The notes beneath the pieces are model-generated. The model saw nothing but the letters and a program-made list of their open reading frames with translations, did no database searches and had not been told where the DNA came from. Both the position numbers and the translations under genes were made by a program. A stretch of DNA of 64,000 nt from Candidatus Thermofontivivens primus (lineage in GTDB: Bacteria > Sysuimicrobiota > Sysuimicrobiia > Sysuimicrobiales > Thermofontiviventaceae). This document shows positions 28,490 to 38,924 of this stretch, piece after piece. Position 1 is the first letter of the stretch. Every line of letters starts with the position of its first letter. Location: contig JAVKJW010000001.1 in NCBI GenBank assembly GCA_031458695.1, positions 32,001 through 96,000 of the forward strand. Direction: 5' to 3'.

Positions 28490-30096
28490 CGACCCTCACC
28501 TCTCATCTCCTCAGGTTGCAAAGTGGCACGTGGATAGGTTGGCAGGTTGGAATCTTTAACCGCATAGTCTGCGAACTTGCTCACGTGTGTCCTGAGAACC
28601 GTCGTTGGAAAGGTGCGCTCCTGGACACGAGTCACCAGTCTCTCCACAGAAGCCTCTGTCCGGACCAGGAATGGGCGCGGGTAGATCCCGATCCAGAAGA
28701 TGAGCAGGAGCAAGGGGAGGAACACGAGGAGCTCCCGTCGCTTCACATCCACAAGGCGCTCAGGCGAGCGGGCCCTTACCGGACCGTGCATCACCTGCTC
28801 GATCATCCACAGGAGGTAGACAGCAGAGAGGATCACTCCCAAAACCGCCACCGCAGCATACCGCCAGTCGCTCCGAAAGACCCCCAGGAGGATCAGGAAC
28901 TCGCCCACGAACCCGTTGGTACCTGGAAGAGCCATGGAGGAGAGGCTCACAATCAACACAACGACAGCGAATGTCGGCATCAGCCTGGCTACACCCCCGA
29001 AGTCATGGAGCATCCGGGTGTGCACGCGGTCATAGAGAATGCCCACGATCAAGAAGAGCCCCCCCGTGCTGATTCCATGGTTGACCATCTGGAGCAAGCT
29101 CCCTTGGATAGCTTGTTGGTTGAGGGCGAAAATCCCAAGGATCACGAGCCCCAAGTGGCTCACACTGGAGTATGCCACAAGCCGCTTGACGTCCTGTTGC
29201 CTCCACGCAACAAGCCCGCCGTAGACGATGCCGATCAGGGCCAGGATGCTGAAAAGATCTGCAACGCTTCTACTAGCCTCCGGGAAGAGGGGGAGGCCGA
29301 AACGCAGGAACCCGTATGCCCCTACCTTCAGAAGGAGGGCCGCCAGGATCACGCTCCCCGCCGTGGGCGCCTCCACGTGAGCATCGGGGAGCCAGGTATG
29401 CAAAGGCCAGATGGGGACCTTGATGGCAAAGGCAAGCGCAAAGGCCGCGAAGAGCCACATCTGGGTGGAAGGGGGAAGGCGGATCCCCTGGAGTTCCAGG
29501 AGGTCGAAGGTGGGGATGCCCAGGAAGGACCGGCCTTGCAGGTGGAGGACCACAATGGCGACAAGCATCAGGACGCTCCCGGCCATGGTATACAGGAAGA
29601 ACTTGATCGCTGCGTAGGAGCGGCGGGGCCCGCCCCAGATGCCGATAAGAAAGTACATGGGGATGAGCATCCCCTCCCAGAACACGTAGAACAAAATGAG
29701 GTCCAAGCTGAGGAAGGTTCCCAGAATCGCCGTCTCCAAGAGGAGCATGAGGGCAGTGAACTCCCTCACTTTCTCCGTCACGGACTCCCAGGAGGAAAGG
29801 AGAGCGAGGGGGAAGATCACGGCTGTAAGCGCCACGAGGAGCACGGAGACGCCATCGACCCCGAGGTGATAGGAGATCCCAAGTGGGGGGATCCACGGCG
29901 CACGCTCCTCCATCTGCATCCCTGCGACGCCTGGGCTGAACCGCAAGAACATCCAGATGGCCAGGGCGAGGGTGAGCAGGCTGCTAAGGAAACCAAGCCA
30001 GCGGGTGATGTGCGCGCGCCCGTTCACGAATGCCACGACCACAGCCCCCGCCAGGGGCGTGAAGACCAAGGATGTGAGGATCGGAAGTTGCGTCAT
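28486..30096 (-). CDS. nuoM: NADH-quinone oxidoreductase subunit M
   Basis: FWEGMLIPMY, PLHTWLPDAHVEAPTAGS, LVAYSSVSH. Confidence 0.97.
   Translation of the reverse strand: MTQLPILTSLVFTPLAGAVVVAFVNGRAHITRWLGFLSSLLTLALAIWMFLRFSPGVAGMQMEERAPWIPPLGISYHLGVDGVSVLLVALTAVIFPLALLSSWESVTEKVREFTALMLLLETAILGTFLSLDLILFYVFWEGMLIPMYFLIGIWGGPRRSYAAIKFFLYTMAGSVLMLVAIVVLHLQGRSFLGIPTFDLLELQGIRLPPSTQMWLFAAFALAFAIKVPIWPLHTWLPDAHVEAPTAGSVILAALLLKVGAYGFLRFGLPLFPEASRSVADLFSILALIGIVYGGLVAWRQQDVKRLVAYSSVSHLGLVILGIFALNQQAIQGSLLQMVNHGISTGGLFLIVGILYDRVHTRMLHDFGGVARLMPTFAVVVLIVSLSSMALPGTNGFVGEFLILLGVFRSDWRYAAVAVLGVILSAVYLLWMIEQVMHGPVRARSPERLVDVKRRELLVFLPLLLLIFWIGIYPRPFLVRTEASVERLVTRVQERTFPTTVLRTHVSKFADYAVKDSNLPTYPRATLQPEEMRGEGR
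28512..28588. repeat. Degenerate 8-mer tandem/inverted repeat cluster in nuoM 3' extension
   Basis: CAGGTTGC/AAGTGGCA/TAGGTTGG/CAGGTTGG followed by reverse-type unit GAACTTGC. Confidence 0.55.
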
Positions 30097-30173
30097 CTTC
30101 TTTCACTCCCCTAGGGCAATCCCCGCGGGGTCCAGAACCCACCTATGGTTGGACAGACATAGGGATCTACCCC

Positions 30174-32036
30174 CTACCGGAACAACCAGTACCCCAAGAG
30201 GAACAGAGTTCCCGCAAGGAACACCAGGGCGTAGTTCCTCAGGTAGCCTGTCTGGAAAAGCCTCAGGCCTGCGCCGATCGCGCGAACCAGGACGCCGACG
30301 CCGTTCACCACCCCGTCGATGAGCAGAGGATCAAACACCTCGGCAAGACCCTGGGCGATCCTCCTGCCTGGGGTCACAATCAGGATCTGGTAAAGTTCCT
30401 CGATGTAAAACTTCCGGGAAACTACCCGCGAAAGGGTGGGGTTCGCAAGTCGCAAAGCCCCTCGGAGATAGACCGCCCAGGCCAAGAGAAGGCCGGCAAG
30501 GCCCGCGAGCACTGGAGCGAAACCAAGCGCCAGAGCATGTGGGAGTTCCCTTTCCATGAACACAGGGGCCAAGAGGCGCAAAAGCGGCTCCCCGCCCCAC
30601 GAGGCCCCAAGCCAACCACCCAAAGCTGCCAAGCCCACAAGAATCCACATCGCCGTCGCCATGAGGGGCGGGGCCTCATGGACATGATCGTAGGTCCGGG
30701 GCGCTGGGCTGAAGAACGTGAGTGTAGCCGCCCGGCCGATGTAGACGGCGGTGAGGAAGGCTGTCCCGACCCCCAACACCCAGGCGGCTCCTTTCTCTTG
30801 GCCCAGGAGGTGGAGGAGGATAAGATCCTTGCTGTAGTACCCGGAGAGCGGCGGGATCCCGGCAAGGGCCAGGGCGCCGACGAGAAAAGCAAAGGTCGTT
30901 GCTGGCAGATGCGGCCACAACCCTCCCAAACGCTGGAGGTTCGTCTCCCCATGCACTGCGTGCATGACGGCCCCCGCCGCGAGGAAGAGGAGCGCCTTGA
31001 AGAAGGCATGCGTGGTCAGGTGGAAAATGGAGGCTGCGAATGCCCCAACCCCCGCAGCCATGAACATGTACCCGAGCTGGCTGATGGTAGAGTAGGCCAG
31101 GACACGCTTGAGATCTTGTTCGGTAATGGCGACAGAGGCGGCAAACAGGGCGGTCAGCGTACCCACCGCCAGGATCACCTCCATGGTCAGGGGAGCCAGG
31201 GAGAATAAGGGATGGAGGCGAGCGATCATGTAGACCCCGGCCGTCACCATGGTGGCGGCGTGGATAAGGGCGCTCACCGGGGTCGGCCCTTCCATGGCAT
31301 CGGGAAGCCAGAGGTAGAGCGGAAGCTGGGCCGATTTCCCCGTGGCCCCTGTAAACAGAAGCAGGGTAACGACGGTGGCCGTGAAGTCGCCGGGGGAGAA
31401 CGCATCAGACGCGCGATGGAGGATCCCCTGGATCTCTACGGTCCCTAGGCGGAGAAGCAGGAGGACGATCCCCAGCAGGAACGCTGCGTCGCCGATCCTG
31501 TTGACGACGAATGCCTTTCGACCCGCCATGGCCGCCTGGGGGCGCTCGAACCAGAAGCCAATGAGGAGGTAGGAGCATAGGCCGACAAGCTCCCATCCCA
31601 CGAACAGGAGGAGAAGGTTATCGGCGAGGACCAGGAGGAGCATGGAGAACACAAAAAAGTTGAGATAGGTGAAGTAACGGGAGTAATCAGGGTCCTCTCC
31701 CATGTAGGCAGTGGAATAGAGATGGATGAGGAAGCTCACCCCGCTCACCAGGAGGGCCATCCAACCTGAAAGCGTATCCACGAGAAGCCCGACGTGCACG
31801 GTTACTTCCCCGGAGAGAACCCACGGATACAGAATCAGGGAGAGCCGGCGACCCTCCTCAGGGAGGCGCAGGAGATCCAGGAATGTCCACAGGGACCCTA
31901 CGAACGAAGCTCCCACAGCTACGCAGGCAATCCCTGCAACGGCTTTCTTAGACAGCCTCCCACCCACAAGCCCGTTCACGAGCATCCCGGCCAGGGGAGC
32001 CACGAGGATCCCCAAGACAAATCTCATCCAATCCAC
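30174..32036 (-). CDS. nuoL: NADH-quinone oxidoreductase subunit L
   Basis: GWELVGLCSYLLIGFW, WLPDAMEGPTPVSALIHAATMV. Confidence 0.97.
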   Translation of the reverse strand: MDWMRFVLGILVAPLAGMLVNGLVGGRLSKKAVAGIACVAVGASFVGSLWTFLDLLRLPEEGRRLSLILYPWVLSGEVTVHVGLLVDTLSGWMALLVSGVSFLIHLYSTAYMGEDPDYSRYFTYLNFFVFSMLLLVLADNLLLLFVGWELVGLCSYLLIGFWFERPQAAMAGRKAFVVNRIGDAAFLLGIVLLLLRLGTVEIQGILHRASDAFSPGDFTATVVTLLLFTGATGKSAQLPLYLWLPDAMEGPTPVSALIHAATMVTAGVYMIARLHPLFSLAPLTMEVILAVGTLTALFAASVAITEQDLKRVLAYSTISQLGYMFMAAGVGAFAASIFHLTTHAFFKALLFLAAGAVMHAVHGETNLQRLGGLWPHLPATTFAFLVGALALAGIPPLSGYYSKDLILLHLLGQEKGAAWVLGVGTAFLTAVYIGRAATLTFFSPAPRTYDHVHEAPPLMATAMWILVGLAALGGWLGASWGGEPLLRLLAPVFMERELPHALALGFAPVLAGLAGLLLAWAVYLRGALRLANPTLSRVVSRKFYIEELYQILIVTPGRRIAQGLAEVFDPLLIDGVVNGVGVLVRAIGAGLRLFQTGYLRNYALVFLAGTLFLLGYWLFR

Positions 32037-32037
32037 C

Positions 32038-32337
32038 CTACCCTTTCAGCAAGTTGATGTCGTCAATGTCGACCGTTGCCCTCGACCGAACAATCTCCAC
32101 GATCATTGCAAGGCCCACCACAACCTCTGCGGCTGCCACAACGAACACGAAGAAGACGGCGATTTGCCCAGCAAGATCGTCCATGTGGCGGGACAGGGCA
32201 ACGAAGCTCAGGTTCACTGCGTTCAGCATGAGCTCAATGGACATGAACAGGATGAGGGCGTTCCGCCGTACCAGGACACCAAAGAGCCCAAGGGTAAACA
32301 ATGCTGCGCTGAGGAGGAGATACCAGGATGTGCTCAT
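32038..32337 (-). CDS. nuoK: NADH-quinone oxidoreductase subunit K
   Basis: [24 protein letters not shown]. Confidence 0.97.
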   Translation of the reverse strand: MSTSWYLLLSAALFTLGLFGVLVRRNALILFMSIELMLNAVNLSFVALSRHMDDLAGQIAVFFVFVVAAAEVVVGLAMIVEIVRSRATVDIDDINLLKG

Positions 32338-32906
32338 GCCTTCCCCTCCCGGGTACCCGCTGGGATGAGCGGCCGTTCTTCACGGGGAGGTCTTGGCAAC
32401 GTCTCGGCTCCCCGGGGAACAGGCTTCCCAAGGACCACAGCGGCCACAATAGCGACAAGAAGGATGACCGATGCAAGCTCAAAGGGCAGCAAGTAGGTGG
32501 TGAAGAGAGCCCGGCCCACCTCCTGGACCGTGCCGAAGTTCTCCCCAGGGCTAGCGCGAGGGGAGGTGAGGCCGTGGATACTTGCATAGCTCAGGAAGAG
32601 CACGAGGAGAGCCGAGAGCACAACTGCGAGTGGCCGTTGCCAGACGAGCTTTTCCCCTGTGTGAGCGAGGGGGTGGCCGTGGACAAGCATGATCACGAAT
32701 AAGAAGAGGACGAGAATGGCCCCTGCATACAGGAAGATCTGGAGCACCGCCACAAATGGAGCAAGGAGTAGGAAGTAGAGGACGGCAAGACTCCACAAGA
32801 CAGCAAGGAGGGCGATGGCGCTGTGCACGGGATTCCTAGAGGCGATCACCCCCACCCCTCCTGCCAGCGCAGCCACACTCAAGATACCGAAGAGTACCGG
32901 TTCCAT
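32334..32906 (-). CDS. nuoJ: NADH-quinone oxidoreductase subunit J
   Basis: [30 protein letters not shown]. Confidence 0.95.
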   Translation of the reverse strand: MEPVLFGILSVAALAGGVGVIASRNPVHSAIALLAVLWSLAVLYFLLLAPFVAVLQIFLYAGAILVLFLFVIMLVHGHPLAHTGEKLVWQRPLAVVLSALLVLFLSYASIHGLTSPRASPGENFGTVQEVGRALFTTYLLPFELASVILLVAIVAAVVLGKPVPRGAETLPRPPREERPLIPAGTREGKA

Positions 32907-32964
32907 TGGGTAATGGTTCCTCGTTCTTGGTCCTTGATTGTTCCGAAGACCCGAGAATTGATCA

Positions 32965-33438
32965 CTAAATCTCCCGACGAGGATCTCGCCCCGAGGCACC
33001 GGGGTATGGTTCGGTCAACATCTCCTTGGTATAGATCAGGGAGTCCCGTGTATACCCCGCCAGCTCGTACTCGTGACCCAGCACAATGGCGCCTGTTGGG
33101 CAGGCTTCCTCACAGAATCCGCAGAAGATGCAACGGAGCTCGTTGATCTGGAAGATCTCCGCGTACCGTTCACCCTTAGAGACCTGGTGGTCGGGAGTGT
33201 TCTCCGCAGCCTTCACATAGATCGCCTGTGAGGGGCAGACGATGACACATAGCTCACACCCGACGCACCGCTCCATCCCGTCGGCGTAAAGGGTCAGCCA
33301 GTGCCTTCCCTTGTAGCGAGCTGCCACGCGTGGTTTCTCCTCAGGATAGGCCACGGTGACCGGGCGGCGGAACAAGTAGCGGAAGGTCACCGCAAGCCCT
33401 TTGACCATGGCCAGCGCCTGAGTTGCGTACCGCGTCAT
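32965..33438 (-). CDS. nuoI: NADH-quinone oxidoreductase subunit I
   Basis: Two CxxCxxCxxxCP motifs (CVGCELCVIVCP, CIFCGFCEEACP). Confidence 0.97.
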   Translation of the reverse strand: MTRYATQALAMVKGLAVTFRYLFRRPVTVAYPEEKPRVAARYKGRHWLTLYADGMERCVGCELCVIVCPSQAIYVKAAENTPDHQVSKGERYAEIFQINELRCIFCGFCEEACPTGAIVLGHEYELAGYTRDSLIYTKEMLTEPYPGASGRDPRREI

Positions 33439-33457
33439 CGCTCTATCTCCTTTGCCA

Positions 33458-34447
33458 TTACATCCCCTTAGGGAGCACCATCACCACCGCAGTCGCCAGG
33501 ACGTTCGCTACTCCCAACGGAACCAAGACCTTCCACCCGAGGGCCATGAGCTGGTCGTAGCGCACCCTGGGGAGGGTTGCACGGATCCAGATGAACACCG
33601 AAACGAACCCGAAGACCTTGAGAAGGAACCACAAAGGTGCAGGAAGCCATGGCCCGTGCCATCCTCCCCAGAACAGCGTTACGGCGAGGGCGCTCATGGT
33701 GACCACGTTGATGTACTCAGCCACGTAGTACATGGCGAACTTAAAGCCTCCATACTCGATGTGGTAGCCTGCAATGAGTTCGTGTTCAGCCTCGGGAAGG
33801 TCAAAGGGGGAACGGTTTGTCTCAGCCACCCCGGCGATGAAGAAAAGGAGGAAGGCCACGGGCTGCGTAACCACAAACCAGACACGTTCCTGCGCCTTCA
33901 CGATCTCCACAAGGCTCAGCGATCCTGCCTGAAGCACCACGGAGATCACTGCAAGGCCCAGGGCCAGCTCGTAGCTGATCAGCTGAGCCGTGCTCCTGAG
34001 GCTCCCCAGGAGGGCATACTTGTTGTTCGCCGACCATCCCCCCAGGACAATCCCGTAGACCCCCAGGGAGGAGATCGCCAGGACCAGAAGGATCCCCACG
34101 TTCACATCGGCAAGGTAAAGAGGCACCTCTCTCCCAAAGATCCGAACCTCGGGGCCGAACGGGATCACCGCGTAAACGAGCAAGGCGGTGACCATGGAGA
34201 GGCCAGGTGCCAACCAGTACACCAGAAGATCCGCCCCCCTGGGGACGAAGTCTTCCTTCACCAAGAGCTTGATCCCGTCTGCAAGAGGCTGGAGGAGACC
34301 AAAGGGGCCGACACGATTTGGGCCGATACGAACCTGGAATCGCCCAAGCATCCTTCGCTCCAGGAGCGTCATGTAGGCACACGCCGTGAGGAGCAAGAAA
34401 ACAAGGAAAGCGCTCTTGAGAGCCATGATGCCAATCTCTCCAGGCAT
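33458..34447 (-). CDS. nuoH: NADH-quinone oxidoreductase subunit H
   Basis: GPNRVGPFGLLQPLADGIKL, AETNRSPFDLPEAE. Confidence 0.97.
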   Translation of the reverse strand: MPGEIGIMALKSAFLVFLLLTACAYMTLLERRMLGRFQVRIGPNRVGPFGLLQPLADGIKLLVKEDFVPRGADLLVYWLAPGLSMVTALLVYAVIPFGPEVRIFGREVPLYLADVNVGILLVLAISSLGVYGIVLGGWSANNKYALLGSLRSTAQLISYELALGLAVISVVLQAGSLSLVEIVKAQERVWFVVTQPVAFLLFFIAGVAETNRSPFDLPEAEHELIAGYHIEYGGFKFAMYYVAEYINVVTMSALAVTLFWGGWHGPWLPAPLWFLLKVFGFVSVFIWIRATLPRVRYDQLMALGWKVLVPLGVANVLATAVVMVLPKGM

Positions 34448-34453
34448 AGCGAT

Positions 34454-36997
34454 CTACACCCGCTCCAGGGCTGTTACCCGGACGGCCGTGTAGGGCCGGT
34501 CGGGCATGACCAGCAGATTCACAGGCGCCTCCCCGAATCCCAGGGGAAGGAAAGCATGTCCTGGGGGAACAACCCCGCTCACCCTGGCTACGGCGAGGAG
34601 CTCTCTGCCTTCCCCAGAAACAGCCACGAGGTCGCCGTCACCGATCCCAAGGCGACCGGCATCTATAGGGTTCAGGGAGAGAGTAGCGGTCCCCGCCAAG
34701 GTGGCGATCCCAGTACACCGCCTGGTGACGTCCGTGTGATCAAACAGCACATCCCCGGTCACGAGGAGGAGACGATCCCCTTCTACCCTTCCGATCTTTT
34801 CAACAATCGCAGGCGCTAGAGTCCCACTAACCTCAGGTTGATCCCCCTCTTCCTCGGTGGGAGCCGAGAGGTGGAGAGGCTGAGAAGAAACAGAGATCCG
34901 CGATCCGACAGAAAACCCGGGAATGAGCTCTTGCATCTCCGCACACACTTCCTTCCATGATCCATACTCAAGGACCTGACCGAGGCGCAAAGCCAATTCG
35001 ACGAGAATTTCCCCCTCGCTGCGCGCCGTACCGGGACCCCTGCGAGCGGGAGAGATGTGTTGCACCAGACCCTCCAGATTGACCACCGTCCCTTCTTTCT
35101 CGGCGAAGGAGAGAGCTGGGAGCACGACATCAGCCTGGCTTGCGGTCTCGGTGAGGAAAAGGGATGTCACGACCAGGAACTGTACCCCCGCACGTGCCTC
35201 CTCCCACATCCTCCGCGAGAATACCTCTGTTGCGGGATCGGCGCAAGCTACGTACAGCACCTCCACCTCTCCCCGGCGACACGCCTCCAGCATCTCAAGG
35301 GCGGTGTAGCCGCGACTGGGGGGGATCTTTCCTCCCCACAGGCGTTCCACAGTCTCCCGGGCTTCCCTTGCCTGCAAGGGAGAGGGCCCAGGGAGATGGT
35401 CGGGGAGGAGACCAGCAATAGCGGCACCCCTGGCGTTCCCCCTTCCCCTCAGAATGTTCAAGGGAACCTCTAGCGAGGAACGGAGCTGCTCCAGAGCGTG
35501 CATGGCAACGAGACCGCCTGGACCGTCCAGGGTCATCCTCCCAATGAACAGGAGGGGACGCTTCGCTCCAGAGAGGATGCGAGCCGCGGTTATGATGGCG
35601 TCTGGATCCACGCCACTCAAGCGGGCGACCTCCTCTATGGAAGTCGTCCTCTCCCCGGCCCCTGAAGAGCCCTGGTGCGCACGGCACAGGCCGACGATTG
35701 CTGTCAGAACCGAGCCCTCTTGTCCCATCCTCGTCAAAAGACGCACGTGCGCGAACCTGGCGACCTCAGGCTCCTTTGGGCCGAGGAGGATCAGGGAGGC
35801 CCCGCGATCCACAGCTTTCTTCATGCGCAGCCAGAGGATGGGGTACTCCTCGGTGATATCTGAGCCCACAAGGAGGATCGCATCTGCTTCCTCCACTTCG
35901 CGCACCGCAACCTCCATCCCCCAGGGGACCCGAAGGCTCGCCCCCCATGGCGTGGCGTCGAGGCGATAGTCAATGTTGTTGGTTCCAACCACCTTCCGGA
36001 AGAACTTTTGGAGGAGATACCCCTCCTCGCTGGTCAGCTGCGAGGAGCCAAGGACGCCGACCTTCCTTGGATCCCGCACCTCTCGGAGCCTTTCGGCAAT
36101 GAGGTCCAGGGCCTCCTCCCAGCTCGCCTCCACAAAGGTGCTGTCCTTCCGGATCAGAGGTGCGGTCAGGCGGTCGGGGTGGTTGACAAACTCGTAGCCG
36201 AACCAACCCAGGTCACACAGCCAGATGTCATTGAGATCAGGGTTTTCCCTTGGCCGCACGCGCACGACTTCGTTGCTGCGGACATCCAGTTCGATGCTGC
36301 ATCCCAGGCCGCAGTGCATGCAGACACTTGGGACAGTCCGGTTGTCCCACGGTCGGGCCCGGAAGCGATAAGTACGGCTGGTGAGCGCACCTACGGGACA
36401 GATCATAATGGTATTTCCGATGAACTTGCTCGTACGCACCTTCTCAGGGACAGACTGGATCTGGGAGAGGAAACCCCGGTCGAATCCTTCCAGTGCGTCG
36501 TCCCCGGAGATGATTTCGCAGAAGCGCACGCAGCGCCAACAGAGGATGCATCGCTCCCGGTCCAGCATGAGCACGGGACTGAGGGGAATCGGTTTAGGGA
36601 AATCCCGCTTCTGCTCAACAAAGCGACTCCTACCCGGCCCATATCGAAAGGTGAAATCTTGGAGAGGACACTCCCCACCTTTGTCGCAAATGGGACAGTC
36701 GAGGGGATGGTTGATGAGGAGGAACTCTAAGATCCCTTCCCTAGCCTGCCTGACCTCTGGAGTCTCCGTGTGGACGACCATCCCTTCCTGCGCTTCTAAG
36801 GTGCACGCCGTCTGGAGCCGGGGCATCTTCTCCACCTGGACAAGGCACATGCGACAAGCCCCAAGTGGTGGCATCCGGTCATGGTAACAGAAGATGGGAA
36901 TTTCGATCCCAGCCTTCCGCGCCGCCAGGTAGACCGTCGTCCCTTTTGGCACCGTCACGATCTTTCCATCGATGGTCAGGGTGACCTCGGTCACCAA
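34454..36997 (-). CDS. nuoG: NADH-quinone oxidoreductase subunit G
   Basis: GACRMC, HPLDCPICDKGGEC, CILCWRCVRFC, N7-type CMHCGLGC; start may be GTG at 36994. Confidence 0.96.
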   Translation of the reverse strand: MVTEVTLTIDGKIVTVPKGTTVYLAARKAGIEIPIFCYHDRMPPLGACRMCLVQVEKMPRLQTACTLEAQEGMVVHTETPEVRQAREGILEFLLINHPLDCPICDKGGECPLQDFTFRYGPGRSRFVEQKRDFPKPIPLSPVLMLDRERCILCWRCVRFCEIISGDDALEGFDRGFLSQIQSVPEKVRTSKFIGNTIMICPVGALTSRTYRFRARPWDNRTVPSVCMHCGLGCSIELDVRSNEVVRVRPRENPDLNDIWLCDLGWFGYEFVNHPDRLTAPLIRKDSTFVEASWEEALDLIAERLREVRDPRKVGVLGSSQLTSEEGYLLQKFFRKVVGTNNIDYRLDATPWGASLRVPWGMEVAVREVEEADAILLVGSDITEEYPILWLRMKKAVDRGASLILLGPKEPEVARFAHVRLLTRMGQEGSVLTAIVGLCRAHQGSSGAGERTTSIEEVARLSGVDPDAIITAARILSGAKRPLLFIGRMTLDGPGGLVAMHALEQLRSSLEVPLNILRGRGNARGAAIAGLLPDHLPGPSPLQAREARETVERLWGGKIPPSRGYTALEMLEACRRGEVEVLYVACADPATEVFSRRMWEEARAGVQFLVVTSLFLTETASQADVVLPALSFAEKEGTVVNLEGLVQHISPARRGPGTARSEGEILVELALRLGQVLEYGSWKEVCAEMQELIPGFSVGSRISVSSQPLHLSAPTEEEGDQPEVSGTLAPAIVEKIGRVEGDRLLLVTGDVLFDHTDVTRRCTGIATLAGTATLSLNPIDAGRLGIGDGDLVAVSGEGRELLAVARVSGVVPPGHAFLPLGFGEAPVNLLVMPDRPYTAVRVTALERV

Positions 36998-37043
36998 CCT
37001 TCCTCCCCTTTCCTCTCTCGCGTTCTCACCTTGTCACGTCGCG

Positions 37044-38303
37044 CTAGACTGGTTGTAGCACGTTGCAACGGCCCGTCCGAATGTGTGCCTCATATTCGTC
37101 GTGGAAGTAGAGCAGGGATGCTCTCAGGCTCGGGGGAACGCTCTCGCCGAGAGGGCAGAAGCACGTCCCCGTCATGTTCCTGGCGATGCTCTCCAGCAGA
37201 TCAAGATCCTCCCTGCGCCCGCGACCCTGGAGGATCCGGTCGAAGATCTGGGAAAGCCACACCGTCCCCTCCCGACAAGGGGTGCACTTCCCACAGGACT
37301 CATCCCGGTAGAACTCCACAGCCCGCGCGATCACCTTCACCATACACGTCGTCTCATCCATCACGATCACAGCGCCCGATCCTAGCATGGAGCCAACCCT
37401 GGCTAGGGATTCGTAATCCATGGGCACGTCCAGATGCTCCTCCACGAGGAGCATGGAAGAGGAGCCTCCCGGGAAGCAGGCCTTGAACCTGCGTCCCCCG
37501 CGGATCCCCCCAGCGTGGGAGAAGATGAGCTCCCGTAGCGGGATGCCGAGAGGAAGCTCATAGAGGCCGGGGCGGGCAACATGGCCACTCACCGAGAACA
37601 GCACCGGTGGACCCTGCTCTTTGTACCACTCTGGCCCATGGCGGACGATCTGGGTCACGTGGCAGAGGGTTTCCACATTGTTCAGCGCAGTGGGTTGAGA
37701 GTACAACCCCATCACTGCAGGGAAATAAGGGGGCTTGAGACGGGGCATGGCCCTCTTTCCTTCCAGGGATTCCAGAAGCGCCGTCTCCTCTCCGGCGATG
37801 TAGGCACCTGCCCCTGTATGGAGGACGACGTCTAGGGAGAAGTCGCTCCCAAAGATGTTTCGCCCCAAAAACCCTCTCTCGGTAGCTTGTGCAATCGCCC
37901 TTTGGAGCTGGCGTCGGGCACCGTAGAACTCCCCCCGAAGGTAGATGAACGCCTTGTGGGCCCCGATGGCATAGGATGCCAAGATGATCCCCTCAAGAAG
38001 CTGGTGTGGATCACGCTCCATGAGCGTTCTGTCCTTGAAGGTCCCTGGTTCCCCCTCATCGGCATTGACTACCACATACTTCACAGGGGCATGTTTCGGC
38101 ACGAACCGCCACTTACGTCCTGTGGGAAACCCTGCCCCGCCTCGGCCCCGCAGCCCCGCCTGATCTACCATCTCGATGATCTGCTCAGGGGTAAGCTCCC
38201 GAAGCGCCCTCCGGGCGGCTTCGTATCCACCGCGGCGGATGTACGTCGTAATATCCGCCTGATCGGGCTCATGAATGTATCGCGTCAACAACTTCTCCGG
38301 CAT
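37044..38303 (-). CDS. nuoF: NADH-quinone oxidoreductase subunit F
   Basis: GRGGAGFPTG, NADEGEPGTFKDR, ESCGKCTPCREG. Confidence 0.97.
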   Translation of the reverse strand: MPEKLLTRYIHEPDQADITTYIRRGGYEAARRALRELTPEQIIEMVDQAGLRGRGGAGFPTGRKWRFVPKHAPVKYVVVNADEGEPGTFKDRTLMERDPHQLLEGIILASYAIGAHKAFIYLRGEFYGARRQLQRAIAQATERGFLGRNIFGSDFSLDVVLHTGAGAYIAGEETALLESLEGKRAMPRLKPPYFPAVMGLYSQPTALNNVETLCHVTQIVRHGPEWYKEQGPPVLFSVSGHVARPGLYELPLGIPLRELIFSHAGGIRGGRRFKACFPGGSSSMLLVEEHLDVPMDYESLARVGSMLGSGAVIVMDETTCMVKVIARAVEFYRDESCGKCTPCREGTVWLSQIFDRILQGRGRREDLDLLESIARNMTGTCFCPLGESVPPSLRASLLYFHDEYEAHIRTGRCNVLQPV

Positions 38304-38312
38304 CTTCGCCTC

Positions 38313-38386
38313 AGTTAAAAGTTACAGGTTATCAGGTTTGCAGGTTATTGGATTATAAGGTTGCAACCTGCCAACTTGCCAACTTC
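38313..38386. repeat. Degenerate 8-mer tandem/inverted repeat cluster between nuoE and nuoF
   Basis: AAGTTACA GGTTATCA GGTTTGCA GGTTATTG GATTATAA GGTTGCAA CCTGCCAA CTTGCCAA. Confidence 0.65.
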
Positions 38387-38884
38387 TCACCCTGATCCTT
38401 CCTCTCGATACTTGCCAAGTATCTCATCCACCTTCTGCGGTGTGAGGTTCCCATAGACCTCCTCGTCTACAAGCATCATTGGGGCAATATCGCAGGCAGC
38501 CAGGCACTCCGCCTTTTTCACGGTAAACAAGCCATCCCTCGTCGTCTCCCCTGGCTGGATCCCCAGGCGCCTACACAAATGGGCGAGGATCTCCTCGGCA
38601 CCGTTGAGCATACACGAAAGGTTCGTGCAAAAATGGATCACGTGCCTTCCCACGGGCCTCCTGTGGAAAAGGGTATAGAACGATGCCACGGAGGCAACCT
38701 CGCTGAGGGGAAGATCGAAGAGTTCGGCCACCTCCTCCAGGGCCTCTTCGCTGAGATACCCTTCCTCTCCCTGAGCCACGAACAGGGCAGGAAGGAGCGC
38801 CGATCGCGCCTGAGGATACAGCCCTTGGAGGCGGCGGATCTCTTCTCTGGCCTTCTCAGATAGCCTCCTCTCCCTATCCATCAT
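38387..38884 (-). CDS. nuoE: NADH-quinone oxidoreductase subunit E
   Basis: CTNLSC...ECLAAC [2Fe-2S] motif. Confidence 0.96.
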   Translation of the reverse strand: MMDRERRLSEKAREEIRRLQGLYPQARSALLPALFVAQGEEGYLSEEALEEVAELFDLPLSEVASVASFYTLFHRRPVGRHVIHFCTNLSCMLNGAEEILAHLCRRLGIQPGETTRDGLFTVKKAECLAACDIAPMMLVDEEVYGNLTPQKVDEILGKYREEGSG

Positions 38885-38924
38885 GCACCCACTGCCCTAC
38901 GCGCATTCCTCACATGTTGTTCCC

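Noticed and set aside
28450..30114. 554-aa plus-strand ORF (also the 455-aa ORF at 33452 and the 565-aa ORF at 60298)
   Set aside because: Antisense to nuoM, nuoH and nosZ respectively; no motifs
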